From positions 15,562,001 to 15,626,000 of the forward strand of contig OX597829.1 in the NCBI GenBank assembly GCA_951406725.2: a stretch of 64,000 nt of DNA. The letters run 5' to 3'. The position numbers and the translations under genes are program-made. The DNA is from Octopus vulgaris. Its lineage: Eukaryota. Shown here one piece after another: positions 15,733 to 30,346 of the stretch; within the stretch, counting starts at the first letter, position 1, and each line of letters starts with the position of its first letter. Under the pieces are notes generated by a model, which saw only the letters and a program-made list of their open reading frames with translations, did not search any database and was not told the DNA's origin.

Positions 15733-16713
15733 TGCCTCTTTATTAGCCACACAGGGCTGCACACAGACAGGACAGATTACAAATTAGAGCTTTTCTTTTG
15801 GGAGAGAGAAAGAAAAAAAAGGTGGGGTAGGTTTTCGATCAGAAGGGAAAGAAGAAAAAAAAGAAAAAAAAGAAAAAAAGATCAATAGGGATCGTGTATC
15901 ACAGTGTCATGAGTGAAAGTGTAAATGGGGAAGCAGATAAGGTTTATCCGTGGGAAGAAAAGCCCACGGAAAAGACCACGGTAACCTCGGTCAATAATGT
16001 TACATGTTACCACATTTGTTTGCAAGTAGGTAACCCTCTGTTTTAAATTTTCCAGGTTCATAGGATTATGCTAAAGGTGGCTTCGTCATTCATACGTGCC
16101 ATCCTTGCTACATTCACCCATCTTTTTTAAAACATTCGCTAGACAAAACTTGCCTCTCTACTCTCACTTTCCTTTTCAAGTGATACTTGAAGAAGTTGAT
16201 GAGAGATTGACCAGAGAGGAAAGTGTTTGTCTCTAATCCTTGCAGACGCGTCCACCAGATACATTCTTTCGCCATAGCCACAAGTATGATAAAAATAGCT
16301 CTTCCTTCCCGTTTGAAAGAAGGAGGCGTGACAATATTGACGATAGACTCAGCTGATAAACCGACTCGTCCCACACGTGACAGCAGTCGTTCGACATAAG
16401 CTCACAGGTCGGAGATTGTTGGACACTGCACGAGTGCGTGCAGAACGGTTTCGTCGCTCTGACCGCATCTCGGGCAGGTCGGCCCCGTGTTTCTCGAGCT
16501 GTGTCTATAGAGCTTATCCCGAACAGGTAGCGCTTCTCGGTAGCACTGCCAGGCCAGGGATCTCTGGAAGTTGTCCAAGGGCCCCGGCCCGAAAGTCGTT
16601 TCAAACAGGCGGGTCAGGTATTCCTCGTCCACGTCCAGGTTCGCCCCGAGCTCGTCGACGACCAGGTTCGCCTCGAGCTCGTAGTCGTACCTCCCCTCCA
16701 CTAATCCCCTATA
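15733..16713 (-). mobile_element. 5'-truncated Tx1-clade LINE (ORF2 C-terminus and 3' UTR) in (TAGA)n
   Basis: Encodes AWQCYREALPVRDKL...CPRCGQSDETVLHALVQC, homologous to 22742-23407. Ends GCTAATAAAGAGGCA then TATC repeats. Carries a 27-bp internal tandem duplication (ELEANLVVD/ELGANLDVD). Confidence 0.92.
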
Positions 16714-16929
16714 GATAGATAGGTAGATAGATAGATAGATAGATACATACATACATACATACATACATACATACATACATACATACATACATACTTACAT
16801 ACATGCATACATACATACATACATAGGTAGATAGGTAGATAGATAGATAGGTAGATAGATAAGTAGATAGACAGACAGACAGACAGAGAGACAGACAGAC
16901 AGACAGACAGACAGGCAGACAGATGGACA

Positions 16930-17150
16930 GGCCACTCCATGAACCGTTAACAAACATCCGTTTTTCATGCTGACATGCTTTGGACGGGCTAACCAGACCT
17001 GGCAAGCTGGAGAGTTGTACCAGGTTCACATGTGATTTGACATGGTTTCTACGGCTTGATGTTCTTCCTAAGACTAACTATATTACAGGATATACTGCGT
17101 GGCTTTTACATAACAATGGCGCGAGTACTTTTTACGTATAACCGGCACGA
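16930..17150 (-). mobile_element. RTE-related non-autonomous element fragment
   Basis: TTTCTACGGCTTGATGTTCTTCCTAAGACTAAC resembles the reverse complement of the RTE 5' UTR motif GGTTGGCGTCAGGAAGGGCATCC. Confidence 0.45.
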
Positions 17151-17842
17151 TGAATAAAATATTTCGCGTTCTAGTGTACGCACTGACATGTGAATTGAAG
17201 TCACTAGTTTAGTTGAGTTGTATTTTGTACAAACTGTAGATGCTTGTAAGTAATTAATTGGTCTTTGAAAAGAAAACGCCTATTTTTCTTTGATAAAGGA
17301 TTGGTAAGAGGAAGAAATTGCCAGATCAATATCATTGCTTAAGTGAGATAAAAAAAAAGTGGTATGGTATAACCAATTTGTTTACTTTCTGGAGGTAGGC
17401 TACAATACTATGCTTATTGAAACCTGTATATCTTACATTACGTTTCGAATTCCCAAAACTGCTGCGAGTGTATTTTTGCTAAAGCAATTAACTGACGTCA
17501 TCAGTGAATCTACTGTAATGCAAAAAGAAGCTGATCAGTTCAAAAGACACGGGCGATAGATGCCTCTTGATAAAATAGGGAAAATAACTGTGATGGATTA
17601 AATTGTATGTACGTATGTGCATATGTGCATGTGCGTGTGTGTGTGTCTGTTTGTGTGTGTGTGTGTGTGTGTATGTGTGTGCTAGTTTCTGATATTTGTT
17701 TTAACACATCAAGTTTCAAGACAAATACCGTAGTAATTTGCCTATCGAGAGGTTTATTCATTAAGTATGATATGTAGATAGCTATTTAAATTCAATACTG
17801 CCTCAATTACGTATACTGCGAATATTCCACACACACACACAA

Positions 17843-17902
<60 letters not shown>

Positions 17903-18067
17903 TTATATAAATACCTGTGTGTGTGTGCGTGTGTGTATGAGTGCGTGAGTGTATGTGCCTATATATATTTGCAATCTGTATATGTATATGTATGTCTGTA
18001 TGCGTGGTCACAATCAAATGACTGAAACAAGTATAAGGATAAAAGAATGAAAGAATATATATATATA

Positions 18068-18455
18068 CTAGCAGTATCGCCCGGCGTTGCTCGGGTTTGT
18101 AAGGGAAATAACTATACAGCATATTTAGAGAGTTATAGCCAAAAAATAGCAAAAAAATGCATTAAAAATGGAAAAAAATATGATGGTGAATTTTTTTTAA
18201 ATCGTTGACTCATCGTAGACTTTTTAGAGAGTTACTTCCCTTTAAAAAAATATGCATGAAAATGGAAAAAATGATGGTAAATTATTTTTTAAATCGTGGA
18301 CTCATCGTAGACGCGCGCTAATACCCAGAAGGGCTCGATATGAATCACGACTATAAGATACCCGGTTTTGGTTAAACTGCACCGCAAAATGTGGGAGTAG
18401 TTAGGAATCTAAATCGTAGGAGACAGACACACAACTTCACTTTTATATATAAAGA
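18068..18455 (-). mobile_element. Non-autonomous Helitron, copy 1
   Basis: Minus strand starts TCTTTATATATAAAA and ends with hairpin CCCGAGCAACGCCGGG then CTAG|T. Confidence 0.8.
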
Positions 18456-18965
18456 CTAGCAGTATCGCCCGGCGTTGCTCGGGTTTGTAAGGGAAATAAC
18501 TATATAAGCATTTTTTGAGAGTTACTTCCCTTATAGATGCCAATTCGGGCTTTCTTAGCCATTTCTGTTTTGGTGTCTTCAAGCCATGAAGTCGTTTTTC
18601 TAAAAGAACGCTGGTCTCCTTGACAACGCTTTACGACGTTGATTTCCTTACACTCCCTTCCCCACAGCTTCACGAGGGAGGAAGAAGGGGAGAAGCAAAC
18701 AGGTGCAGGTGTGACCATGGACGCCAACTCCGCCGCCATCGACACACGAAAAATTATGCATTAAAATGGAATAAAAATTATGTTAAATTATTTTTAAAAT
18801 CGTAGACTCATCGTAGACGCGTGCTAATACCCAGAAGGGCTCGATATGAATCACGACTATAAGATACCCGAATTTGGTTAAACTGCACCGCAAAATGTGG
18901 GAGTAGTTAGGAATCTAAATCGAAGGGGACAGACACTCACACAACTACAGTTTTATATATATAGA
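18456..18965 (-). mobile_element. Non-autonomous Helitron, copy 2, fused head-to-tail with copy 1
   Basis: A|TCTATATATATAAAA 5' end; same 3' hairpin plus CTAG directly abutting the TC start of copy 1. Confidence 0.8.
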
Positions 18966-19054
18966 TTTGTGCAACAACTAAAACATTCAGTTGTGCAAAT
19001 TGTTTGCACAGGAAACCTGCCCTGTGTGACGGTTTTTGCCGTTTTTGTGGATCT

Positions 19055-19470
19055 GTTTCAGCTCTTTTAGCGATTTCTGTTTTGGCGACTTCAAGCCATG
19101 AAGTCGTTGTTCTAAAAGAACGCTGGTCTCCTTGACAACGCTTTACAACGTTGATTTCCTTACACTTCCTTCCCCACAGCTTCACGAGGGAAGGAAGAAA
19201 GGGGAGAAGCAACACAGGTGCAGGTGTGAGCATGGACGCCAACTCCGCCATCTTCCCTTTATTTAAAAAATATGCGTTAAAATGGAAAAAAATTATGGTA
19301 AATTATTTTAAAATCGTAGACTCATCGTAGACGCGCGCTAATACCTAGACGGGCTCGATATGAATCACGACTATAAGATACCCGAATTTGGTTAAACTGC
19401 ACCGCAAAATGTGGGAGTAGTTAGGAATCTAAATCGTAGGAGACAGACACTCACACAACTTCACTTTTAT
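19055..19470 (-). mobile_element. Third related Helitron copy, 3' end not found
   Basis: Highly similar to 18545-18960. Confidence 0.7.
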
Positions 19471-19488
19471 ATTAATATATATATATAA

Positions 19489-19530
<42 letters not shown>

Positions 19531-19535
<5 letters not shown>

Positions 19536-19716
19536 ATCCAAACAAGAAAGCACAAAAAAACACAACAACGCGAGGACGTGGAACAAATATAGTATTACTG
19601 GACGCTCAGGAAAGAAGGAAAGAAGGAGGGTTTAACGTTTCGAGCGGAGCTCTTCGTCGGAAACATAGGAGAAGGAAAGATCTAGAGAAGGGAAGACAGG
19701 GGAAAAAAATCGCCCA
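19531..19716 (-). mobile_element. Solo pLTR-like element with minimal hammerhead-like motif, in (TA)n
   Basis: Minus strand GTTT-CCGACGAA-GAGC-TCC-GCTC-GAAA-CG-TT-AAAC; related to 47908-48111 and 53650-53845. Confidence 0.6.
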
Positions 19717-19719
19717 TAT

Positions 19720-20326
<607 letters not shown>

Positions 20327-20379
20327 TATATATATATATATATATATATGTAAATATATACTTCTATTCCTTTAATATT

Positions 20380-20418
20380 ATACTTGTTTCAGTCATTTGA
20401 TTGCGGCCATTTGATTGT

Positions 20419-20450
<32 letters not shown>

Positions 20451-20606
20451 TTACGACGTGCTTCTTTCTTATTCCTCTACCAAATCCACTCAAAAGGTTT
20501 TGAACAGCCCAAGTGTATTGTAGAAGACACTTGCCCAGGGCAACACGCAGTGGGACTGAACTTGGAACCATGTGGTTGGGAATCAAGCTTCTTACCACCC
20601 GGCCAC
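20380..20606 (-). mobile_element. Family A SINE, internally deleted
   Basis: TACCAAATCCACTCAAAAGG...GGGACTGAACTTGGAACCATGTGGTTGGG head plus CTTGTTTCAGTCATTTGA tail remnant. Confidence 0.75.
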
Positions 20607-20644
20607 GTTTGTGGCTGTGTGGAAACACACATTTGCAATGCTTG

Positions 20645-20738
20645 TATGTATGTATGTATGTATGTATGTATGTTATGTATGTATGTATGTATGTATGCAT
20701 GTATGCATGCATGTATGTTTTTATGTATGTATGTATGT

Positions 20739-20772
<34 letters not shown>

Positions 20773-21040
20773 TTTATGAATGTATGTATGTATGTATGTA
20801 TGTATGTATGTATTTATGTATGTATGTATGTTATATATGTATGTATGTATGTTATTTATGAATGTATGTATGTATGTATGTATGTATGTATGTATGTATG
20901 TATGTATTTATGTATGTATGTATGTTTGTATGTATGTATGTGTGTATGTATTTATGTATGTATGTTTGTATATATGTATGTATTTATGAATGTGTGTATG
21001 TATGTATTTATGTATGTATGTATTTATGTATGTATGTATA
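20645..21040. repeat. (TATG)n tract
   Basis: Direct inspection. Confidence 0.95.
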
Positions 21041-21691
21041 ATGCTAGAAATCTGTTTGCAGTGACAAAAGTAGCAACTACCGAATAGATTGACAATACTG
21101 ATAAAATCTTATCGTGCTTTTTATAAACTTGAGCAAGCTAGGTTTGCTTGATACAAATACAAAACACTCACATAGGGTCACATATTTTTATTCCCTAACG
21201 TATTTCATAACACTCTATAACAATGTATTGAGTTCTTTTTTTCTCTCTCTCTCTCTATCTCTCTCTCTCTCTGGATATGTATACTGATATGTAAATCCAT
21301 GCGAGGATCCAACGAACAATATTAATTATTGAACCATTTAAGGTAAATTTTCTCTCATTTCACGTCACCCGATATAAACCGGTATTTTCGAAGTATCAAA
21401 TTACTGCAAGCCATATGAAACACGAGTTGGTCATCGTTCATAATATTCTCTTCCGATGTATTTAAATAAATTAACAAGGAAATTACTTCAAGTTAGTTAT
21501 CTTATCGAATGAATTAACTGCAAGGATTGAATTTCACCATAAAGTGATTTTAAAACATTCCAGTAACTAATTTGAGATGGAAATGTACAAGAAGCTAAAG
21601 AAACTCAATTGATATAGCAGTAAATGCCATTCATATGTTCGTCATTAACTATGCGTATAATGTGTGTGTGTGTGTGTGTGTGTGCGTGCGT

Positions 21692-21735
<44 letters not shown>

Positions 21736-22236
21736 ACATACATAATATCAGACAGGAGGTGTGAGAGGTTAAAATAGATTATTTTTTCATATGACTTCCA
21801 TATGACTACAGACGTGAATATGGAAGGATACAAGTAGCTTCATCTCTCTCACACCTAAATTTATGCTTTATTACTCATGGAAAAAATTTATAGCTCGAAT
21901 TTTTTTGAAATCTTCGGTTACACGGACATATTATATTAAACTACATTGTGATTGATTATTACTACGTAGACTAATAACCGATTCTGAATGGCGAGCTTAC
22001 TGTGATAGCCGCACGAATATTTGAATCCATATTTTCATACTTTATATTAACCATATATATAGAGGGAGAGGGAGAGGAGGAGAGAGAGAGAAACAAAGAG
22101 AGGGAGAAAGTGAGACAAAAAGACAGGCAGACAGAGATAGAGACAGACAGACAGACAGACAGACAGTTAGGCAGACAGCTAGGTATATATATATATAGAG
22201 AGAGAGAGGGGGTGGAGAGATACACAGACAGATATC

Positions 22237-22384
<148 letters not shown>

Positions 22385-22741
22385 TAGATAGACAGACAGA
22401 CAGACAGATAGATAACTTTCTTTTATTAGCCACACAGAGCTGAATACAGAGGGGACAAATACAAATGCAGACAAATACAAATGCAGAGCTTTTCTTTTCG
22501 AGGGTGGAAAAAAAAGAAAATAAATGTAAGATTGCGACCAAAAGGGATCGAGAGGAGGAAAAAAAGAAAAGAAATCGTGTATCACAGAAACAATGATAAA
22601 AACATTGATAAAACAAGATTGGGTTCATCCGTGGGAAGAAAAGCCTACAGAAAAGACCACGGAACCTCAGTCAGGGAGGAAATAACCACATGAGATCAAA
22701 ATATTCTCTTTCTTTCTTTTTTACGATCTACAGGATCATGC

Positions 22742-25700
22742 TCAAAATGGTTTCGTCACTCGCACGCACCATCTTTGCAACACCCATCTTTTTTTGAATC
22801 TTTCGCGAGACAAAACTTCCCTCTCCATTCTCACCTTCCTTTTCAAGTGGTACTTGAAAAAGTTGATGAGCGATTGGACAGAGAGGTTTGTCTCTAATCC
22901 TTTCGCTCGGGTCCACCACACACATTCTTTCACCATGGCCACCAGTACGATGAAAACTGCCTTGCCTTCCCGGTTGAGGGAAGGGAGCGGAGCAATTCTC
23001 ATGATAGACTCGGCCGATAGGCGGATTCTTCCCACACGTGACAGCAGCCGTTCGGCATAAGTCCACAGGTCTGAAATGGTTGGACATTGCACGAGTGCGT
23101 GCAGAACGGTTTCGTCGCTCTGACCGCATCTCGGGCAAGTCGGTCCAGTGTGTCTGGAACCGTGTCTGTAGAGCTTATCCCGAACAGGTAATGCTTCTCG
23201 ATAGCACTGCCAGGCCAGGGATCTTTGGTGATTGTTCATAGGTCCCGGCCCGAAAGTTGTCCTGAACAGGCGGGTCAGGTGTTCCTCGTCGACGCCCAGA
23301 CTCTGCCCGAGCTCGTCGTCGCACCTCCCCTCCACTAATATAGAATGCCTTTGTTGTGGTGGAGTCGCACAAGTTCGATCCCGGACGGCAGAGTTGCTTG
23401 AGAGCAACGCGACACTCGCGGTGCCATTCGCCTAGCCTCGGTCTCTGCTTGATCCATGACTGTAGTTCGTCCAAGGAGACGAGCTGCGGGAAAACGCGCC
23501 GCACAAAAGGCGACCACACCTGTTCACCGTTGTCTATGAAGCGCCGGAGATGTTGCAGTCTCAGCGCATGTCTGCGCAACATCAACCACGGCATGCCCAG
23601 CCCTCCATTTAGCGGGTGTTGACAGCAAATGTATCGCCTAACCATCGGAACGTTTCCCTTCCACAAGAAGCGGAAGAGTATACGTTCCAGTTTGGTGATG
23701 GCAGGGTCGGGACAAGGCACGACGGTCAGACGATACTCGATGACGGATGCGATGTACGCGTTCGCCACCTCCGCTCGACCTTTAGGGATAGCTTTCTCTC
23801 AGCCCATTTCTGGGTGAGAGTAGCCACCCTAGTCGTTATCTCGCCCCAGTTCTTCTCCATTTGGAGGTCCGGACCGAACCAGACCCCGAGCAATTTAACC
23901 GGTCCGTCCGTCCAGCGTCCCACGATGGAGACGCTGTTGGACGGCATGGGCCTGCTTCTCCAGGTGCCGAGCCGCAAGCCCACTGACTTTTCCCGGTTAA
24001 TTTTTGCTCCCGTTACCGCTTCGTATTCTTTTAGTGTCTCGCCGACCAGCTCGATGTGCTGGTAGCTCGACACTATGACGGTGACGTCATCCGCGTATGC
24101 AGACACGCTCCTCCCGCATCCCAGCTCTCGTGGGATGCCCCTCAGCGTCGCCAGTTTCCGCAGTAGTGGCTCAAGAGTCAATACATACAGCAGCGATGAG
24201 AGAGGGCATCCCTGACGAACCGAACGCATGATGTTAAAAGGTCTGGATAGATGACCATTTACGCAAACTACTGAGCGGATGCGGCTGTATAAGGCAGCGA
24301 TCCAACCGCGGAAAACTGGACCGAAACCAGCCGCTTTAAGGACAGCCTCCAAGTAGTGATAGTCTACCCTATCGAAAGCTTTTGATTGATCCAAATTGAT
24401 CAGCGCCCCACCCATGCCAGGTTTCTTAACTACCCTGTCTATGATGTAGCGCATCAGATGGAGGTTGTCATGAATACTTCTACCCGGCACGGCGCATGTT
24501 TGCGCCTTGTCGATTAGTTTCTTGATGACAAGCGCCAACCTCTCGGCTAACACCTTGGCCAAAATTTTCAAATCTGCGTTGAGCAGAGTGATGGGCCTGA
24601 AATTATCTATGACGTCCCCCTCGTTTGGGTCTTTCTTAATCAGTGCCACTGCTCCTCGCTTTACAAAAGCAGGAATACTCCCGTTTTGCTGTCAGTTGCA
24701 GTAGACAGCTGCCAAGACGCCTCCAAACAAGTCTGGCATATGAAAATAAAGTTCGTAGGGCAGACCATCCAAGCCTGGTGACTTGTCTCTCGCGCAGCCT
24801 ACCATCGCATCCTGTACGTCCGCAGCTGTGATAGGCCTTTCACAAGACTCCACTTCTCTTGCTGAGAGTCGTGGCAAGGCATGCAGGTAGGCACTAAAGT
24901 CCAATCTGCGTTCTAACCCACCACTTGTCCCAAACAGTTGGGTGAAGTGTTGTTGAAAAGCCCCACACATCCATTTAGGCTCGAGCAATTCGCGCCCCTG
25001 TTCATCTATAAGAGACTTGATGGTGGCTCTGTTGCCTCGTTGCGTCTCCACCACTCGGGCCTCTTGGGCGGCTCCAACTCCTTCGTTCCTCAGAGCACGC
25101 ATCCTAGCTCTGACAACGCATCCCTCGTGTTTGGCGTTGAGGTGTTGGTCGAGGGCCAATCTCGCCGCCAGCACGTTGGACGCGATGCCAGTTCTAAGTG
25201 CCTCTTCTAAAACCTTAACTAATTCTCCCTCTATTCTATTTCGGTCTAATGCTACGGCTCTACTGTATCTGACTGATTCTGCTTTAATTGCTTTTTTTAG
25301 GGCATACCACCATCTGTTGTTGATGATGGTACCCGTCAAAGCTCTCTTAACTAATGTGCTGATCCGGTCCCTGTAAACCTGTCGTGCTGTAAAAGACGCG
25401 TTCAGTTTCCAGTAACCAGGACCCTGCCTATGTGTCTTATCTAAGTCAAGTGTACAAGTCACAAACTTGTGATCTGTGTAACTGACTATATGAAATTGTG
25501 GACAACCTACATTATTTTTATCTATTGTCCTACAGAATACTCTATCTAAGTATGATCTGGACGACCCGATGCGGTTACTCCATGTCCACATTGGCACATT
25601 CGGGTGGTCCAGTCGGTACCTGTCAGACAGTTGGAATCGTCTGAGCAGGTCTTTGAGGCATTTGCATCCCCTTCTATTGCTATCTCTGCCCACGTAGTCT
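22742..25700 (-). pseudogene. Tx1 ORF2 (APE endonuclease C-terminal half, RT, C-terminal zinc-binding region), disrupted
   Basis: SYLDRVF and YTDHK (APE); KSPGLDGLP, FRPITLLNAD, LDQSKAFDRV, VRQGCPLS and AYADDVT (RT); CPRC..ETVLHALVQC. In-frame TGA at 24692-24694 and frameshifts near 23775 and 23340. Confidence 0.93.
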
Positions 25701-25857
25701 TGGATGCAATGTAATCCATTAATTTGTTATTGTCTGTGTCTATTGCAGTTAGTTGTGTGTGTGGTTTTGCGGGTTCATTGATTTTTTGGTTGTCTAGAGG
25801 GATGCTGTCCGGAGTTAAATATCTCCCTGCTTTACTTCCTTGTTTGGTGGGCTTTTT

Positions 25858-26620
25858 TTATCTTTTACTTTTACCCCCTGTGGCTATTTGCCATTCCGTC
25901 GAACTTTCGTCGTCCGGCGTATTAGAAGGGGATAAAGGCAAAGCATTTGCATTAATATGTATGCTTGTAGAAATTGTTGATGTTTTGTGCGGTGTTTGTG
26001 TTGTTGTGGTGTTAGGGGTAGAATTTGTCTTCTCGTCACTGTTTTCTGTCTTTTTAATTGTCGTCCTCGATGTTGGTGTTGGTCTATCTTTTGGTTCAGC
26101 ATGATGAATTGGTTGCGACGTCAACGGTGATTGTGTTGGTACTGTTTCTTTTCTTGGTGATGTTGTTGGGGTTTGTTTGCTGGTTTGTTGTTTTTCTTGG
26201 CATTGTTGCATAATTGAGTGTGTTGGTGTTGGTGTTAGCAACAAGGGTTTTTTTATTTGTTTTCTGATTTGTTCTTTCTCGTTTTTTCTGTGCCAGAGCG
26301 CACTTGGCAATTAAATGCTCTGTGCTGCCACAGTTGTAGCATCTAGGCTTTTTGCCTTCTGCCACAACATATAGGCTTTGCCCATTTTCTAAGTGGATCC
26401 TATCGGGTAGGTTCTCGATAGAGGCCCCCTCAATCTGGATGGTCACTACTATTGTTTTTCCACCCCAATTGTCGTTTAGGTACACGGCGGTTTCTAAAAT
26501 ATTTAACTTTTTCAAATGGTAACAGATTGCCCCTGTTATCCATTTGTTCGGGATCTCGGGGGGTACATTTTTAATAGTAATTCTACTCACTCTCTGGCCT
26601 TTATAATAAGGTACCTAGGG
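25858..26620 (-). pseudogene. Tx1 ORF1 (gag-like, zinc knuckle), frameshifted
   Basis: RITIKNVPPEI followed by CYNCGSTEHLIAKC (CX2CX4HX4C) and a Thr/Pro-rich tail in a second frame. Confidence 0.85.
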
Positions 26621-26747
26621 GCGAATTCCTCCCTTGGAAAAGCACTCAAACGAAAGTTGGGTGCCTTACACACCTTATTTACAAAATATGGGCTATAATT
26701 AGTCAAAATAAACGATTACCTTCGGAGCCGAAGTGACAGCACGTCCG

Positions 26748-26818
<71 letters not shown>

Positions 26819-26819
26819 A

Positions 26820-27312
26820 CTGCAGCGATGCAGATGCACCGCTTTGAAGAGTTTATTCAAACAAATCTAACTCCGTACTTATATTATAATAGTCTGGTAC
26901 TTATTCTATCGGCCACTTGACCGAAGTTCTTCAACCAGAAGACGAAAACAAACCAACACTGATTTCAAGCGGTGGTTGCCAAGAAACAATCACGCACACG
27001 TACACTCACGCAAATATATATATATATATATACATATATATTTATATATATATATATACACGCACATATGTATATACACAAATATAGTTTTCTTTCCTCA
27101 ATCAAGTTCCAGATTATCTCTGCAATTATGCTCGAGATTGCTCCAGTCTGGTCAGCCCCAAGGAAACGACGGACTTCTTTAATTATCCTCTATTACATCT
27201 TATTCACAAGACCTTGATTGGCTCCGGGCTATAGTGGCCGGTACTTGCTCAAGGTTCCGTGCTGCGGGACTGAACACCAGAGCTCATGATTGAGAAGCAA
27301 GACTTTCAGCTT

Positions 27313-27315
<3 letters not shown>
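26820..27315 (-). mobile_element. Degenerate family A SINE
   Basis: GGTACTTATTCTATCGG, GGGCTATAG and GGGACTGAAC motifs in the expected order. Confidence 0.6.
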
Positions 27316-27369
<54 letters not shown>

Positions 27370-27375
27370 ATCTGT

Positions 27376-27451
<76 letters not shown>

Positions 27452-28156
27452 GTAATAACTTACTATGCACAGGGCTACGTGGCGTTCGATTATAAATAAA
27501 TAAATAAATAAATAAATATGAAAATAAATAAAAAATACACATTAAGTACAGGACATCACCAACAAGTGAAAACTACGTAAACACATAAGAGCGACAAGTA
27601 CAGGACAAAATATCAAAACAAATCTAACTCCTCCTCAGTTATAGACTGTTTCTTACTCCCTATTTCATGCTTTCAACGACAAGATCGGAAAACTTCATAG
27701 AACAGCAGCATCCACAAATTTAAAAAATATAAAATTTGGGGAGAGTTAAGGCTTCGAACGAACAAACAACAACAAAGTGGACATATAGATGAAACAACTG
27801 ACAAAGACAATCATTAAGGGCCGTTAGGCCAAGACGAATTGTAATTTTTATAGAACTTTCCATGATGTTTCACGAGTGTCACATCACCCCCTTTGATGTT
27901 TGGGAATCTCAGATGTTTTTTCGGCTGATGAGTACGAGTCACCTATATTTACTGCAATTTTTGTAGCCTTATTAAAGATGTCTTCGTACGAAACAATTGT
28001 ACCGGTATATTGATCCATTCTTGTTGCTTTTTTCCTATTTGTAATCACCCCACTTTGTCGTATGGTTAACACCATATAGATTTCTGGTGCATCCAAGTTA
28101 AGTACCATATTCATGTGAATTCAAGAGAACTCACTTGAATCTTAATTGCTTATACC

Positions 28157-28218
<62 letters not shown>

Positions 28219-30141
28219 TATGACAAATGAATACCTTAACACACATTTAATAATTCATTACAATTGTTTCTGAATCAATTTTGCTTACAATGCCAGTTTA
28301 CGTAAAAATTCGATGTGAAAATTTACGTAATATTTGTCGTTTTAGGTATCGACAATCGAAAAGCATCTGGCGCTCACGCTGATTGGCGATGGATTTTAAA
28401 AGAACATGTCCACAAGAGATGTTATTTAAAGACAAATACTGCAGTAACTGGCCTACTGATGATATGTATACATTAAGTGTGATACATAGATGACTATTTT
28501 AATTTTATATTGTCTCAGTTGCATATTCTGGATACTTGCATACATAATTACATATGTGCATATGTCTCAGCTTCCATTCCAATGGCAAGCAGCCACAGTC
28601 ATTCACTTCATCCAAGTGCCTTTCTCTGTGGCTTCGGCGATGCACTGCATATACGCCGTATTTGATGCATCAGTAATTCCAAACCCAGACGGAATTTTGT
28701 AAAATGAGTGCCCCACAAAGCTCCGGCATCTTACTTCACATAACACGCATTGTATCCCCACAGTTTTGGAAAACGTACTGCTCAACCAGTTTCTGGTATT
28801 TAGGAGGATTTTCCCTCATGAAATTCCTCCAAGTGTTCTATTTAGAACATAGACAGTTCCAAATGATCGCGTGTTTAGCTAAATCTGAGATGACTATGTC
28901 AATATTATGCACATATTAAAGCATATAAATCTTTCAATATTATACGATGATGACGGCTTCTAGGCTGGATTCGAACAAACGAACTCTTTTAAGCGACCGA
29001 GACGAGCATGTAGTTCTTCGAATTTAGTCGAGAAGTTTGAAAAGAGAATATCTGTCACTGGTCGAAATGCTACCTTTTATGATAATAAAATATGACAGTG
29101 CGTCTGTGTGGTTAATCGAAACCTGGATTCTGAAAGAAAGACTTATGAAACAAATACCTGGCTTAATCCCACAGATAATCAAATATAATTCAACAGTGCA
29201 TTAATCAACTTCTCCTCTATACATTGGGGTCTTCGATCAAATTGTTTATATTTCCGAAGAAATTCAGAGCGTGTTCTAGATCTTAAGATCGTTACTTTGT
29301 CACGCGAAGAAAGAAAAGTCGTAGAGGAAACGTGTCAATGATGAATGACAGTAGTTTCAACCGTATTGGGCCCGAGTTAACCTTCAGTGCAAATGCAGCT
29401 TGTATTTATATACTTCACTTTCAGCAACACGTCGTGGTTGTTCCACATAAAGTGTAATAGTCTTTCGAAATTTTTATGACTTTACCTAAACGGACAAGAT
29501 AATTTATTGAGATTGTTTAGCTCTATTTCACGAATACCTATGATAAGAGAGACATTGTACACATAATTATACCACCCCTTTTTGTCTAGACTTAGTCTAA
29601 CCACAGCTGCTATTTATTGCATATCGAGCTCCTTAAGAGTGAAAATACAATTCATTACGAACATAAGATGTATGGCGGATTGTTCTACTTTTATAAGCGT
29701 AGATTATTTTATGGCATAATCAAATGAAGTATAGCAGCGCCTATTAAATTTACAGAACTTCAGATGGAAGGTAAGGAGGTAGAAAGCAAGATACATGGGT
29801 GGCTGCTAACCACTGCATCGATTCCTGTAAGGAGAACAGTAATATGCACATGATTCGAGAGCATTTAAATATATTTCGTCACATAAAATAAAATCGTTAT
29901 TTTTTAGTAGAATAGAAATCCTTGAGTCTTTGAAAGAATGGTCTAAGAATAGACTGCACCATTATAAAATATTTAAAATCAAGAATAATGAGAACAAAAT
30001 TGGTTTTATTTAGAATCTAAGATTTATGCTATAATATGTCGATGAATTTTAATTATGTGTGTGTGTGCGTGTGTGCAATTATATATATATATATATGTTT
30101 ATATATATGTGTATATGTTTATATACATATATATATATGTT

Positions 30142-30221
<80 letters not shown>

Positions 30222-30291
30222 CACGGACGCAATATTTCGATCTTATTAATTTTATATATCTACTTGTGTGGTGTATGTATGCACTTGTATA

Positions 30292-30346
<55 letters not shown>

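Larger units (their letters stand above)
22415..26747 (-). mobile_element. Near-full-length decayed Tx1-clade (L1 group) non-LTR retrotransposon in (TAGA)n
   Basis: On the minus strand the 5' end CGGACGTGCTG follows (TATC)n, then ORF1, ORF2 and a 3' end GCTAATAAAAGAAAG followed by TATC repeats. Confidence 0.93.

Noticed and set aside
27480-28150. Possible decayed PLE GIY-YIG/pLTR remnant; similar hints at 2400-3000 and 4100-5100
   Set aside because: Too degenerate to support without a translated homology search.
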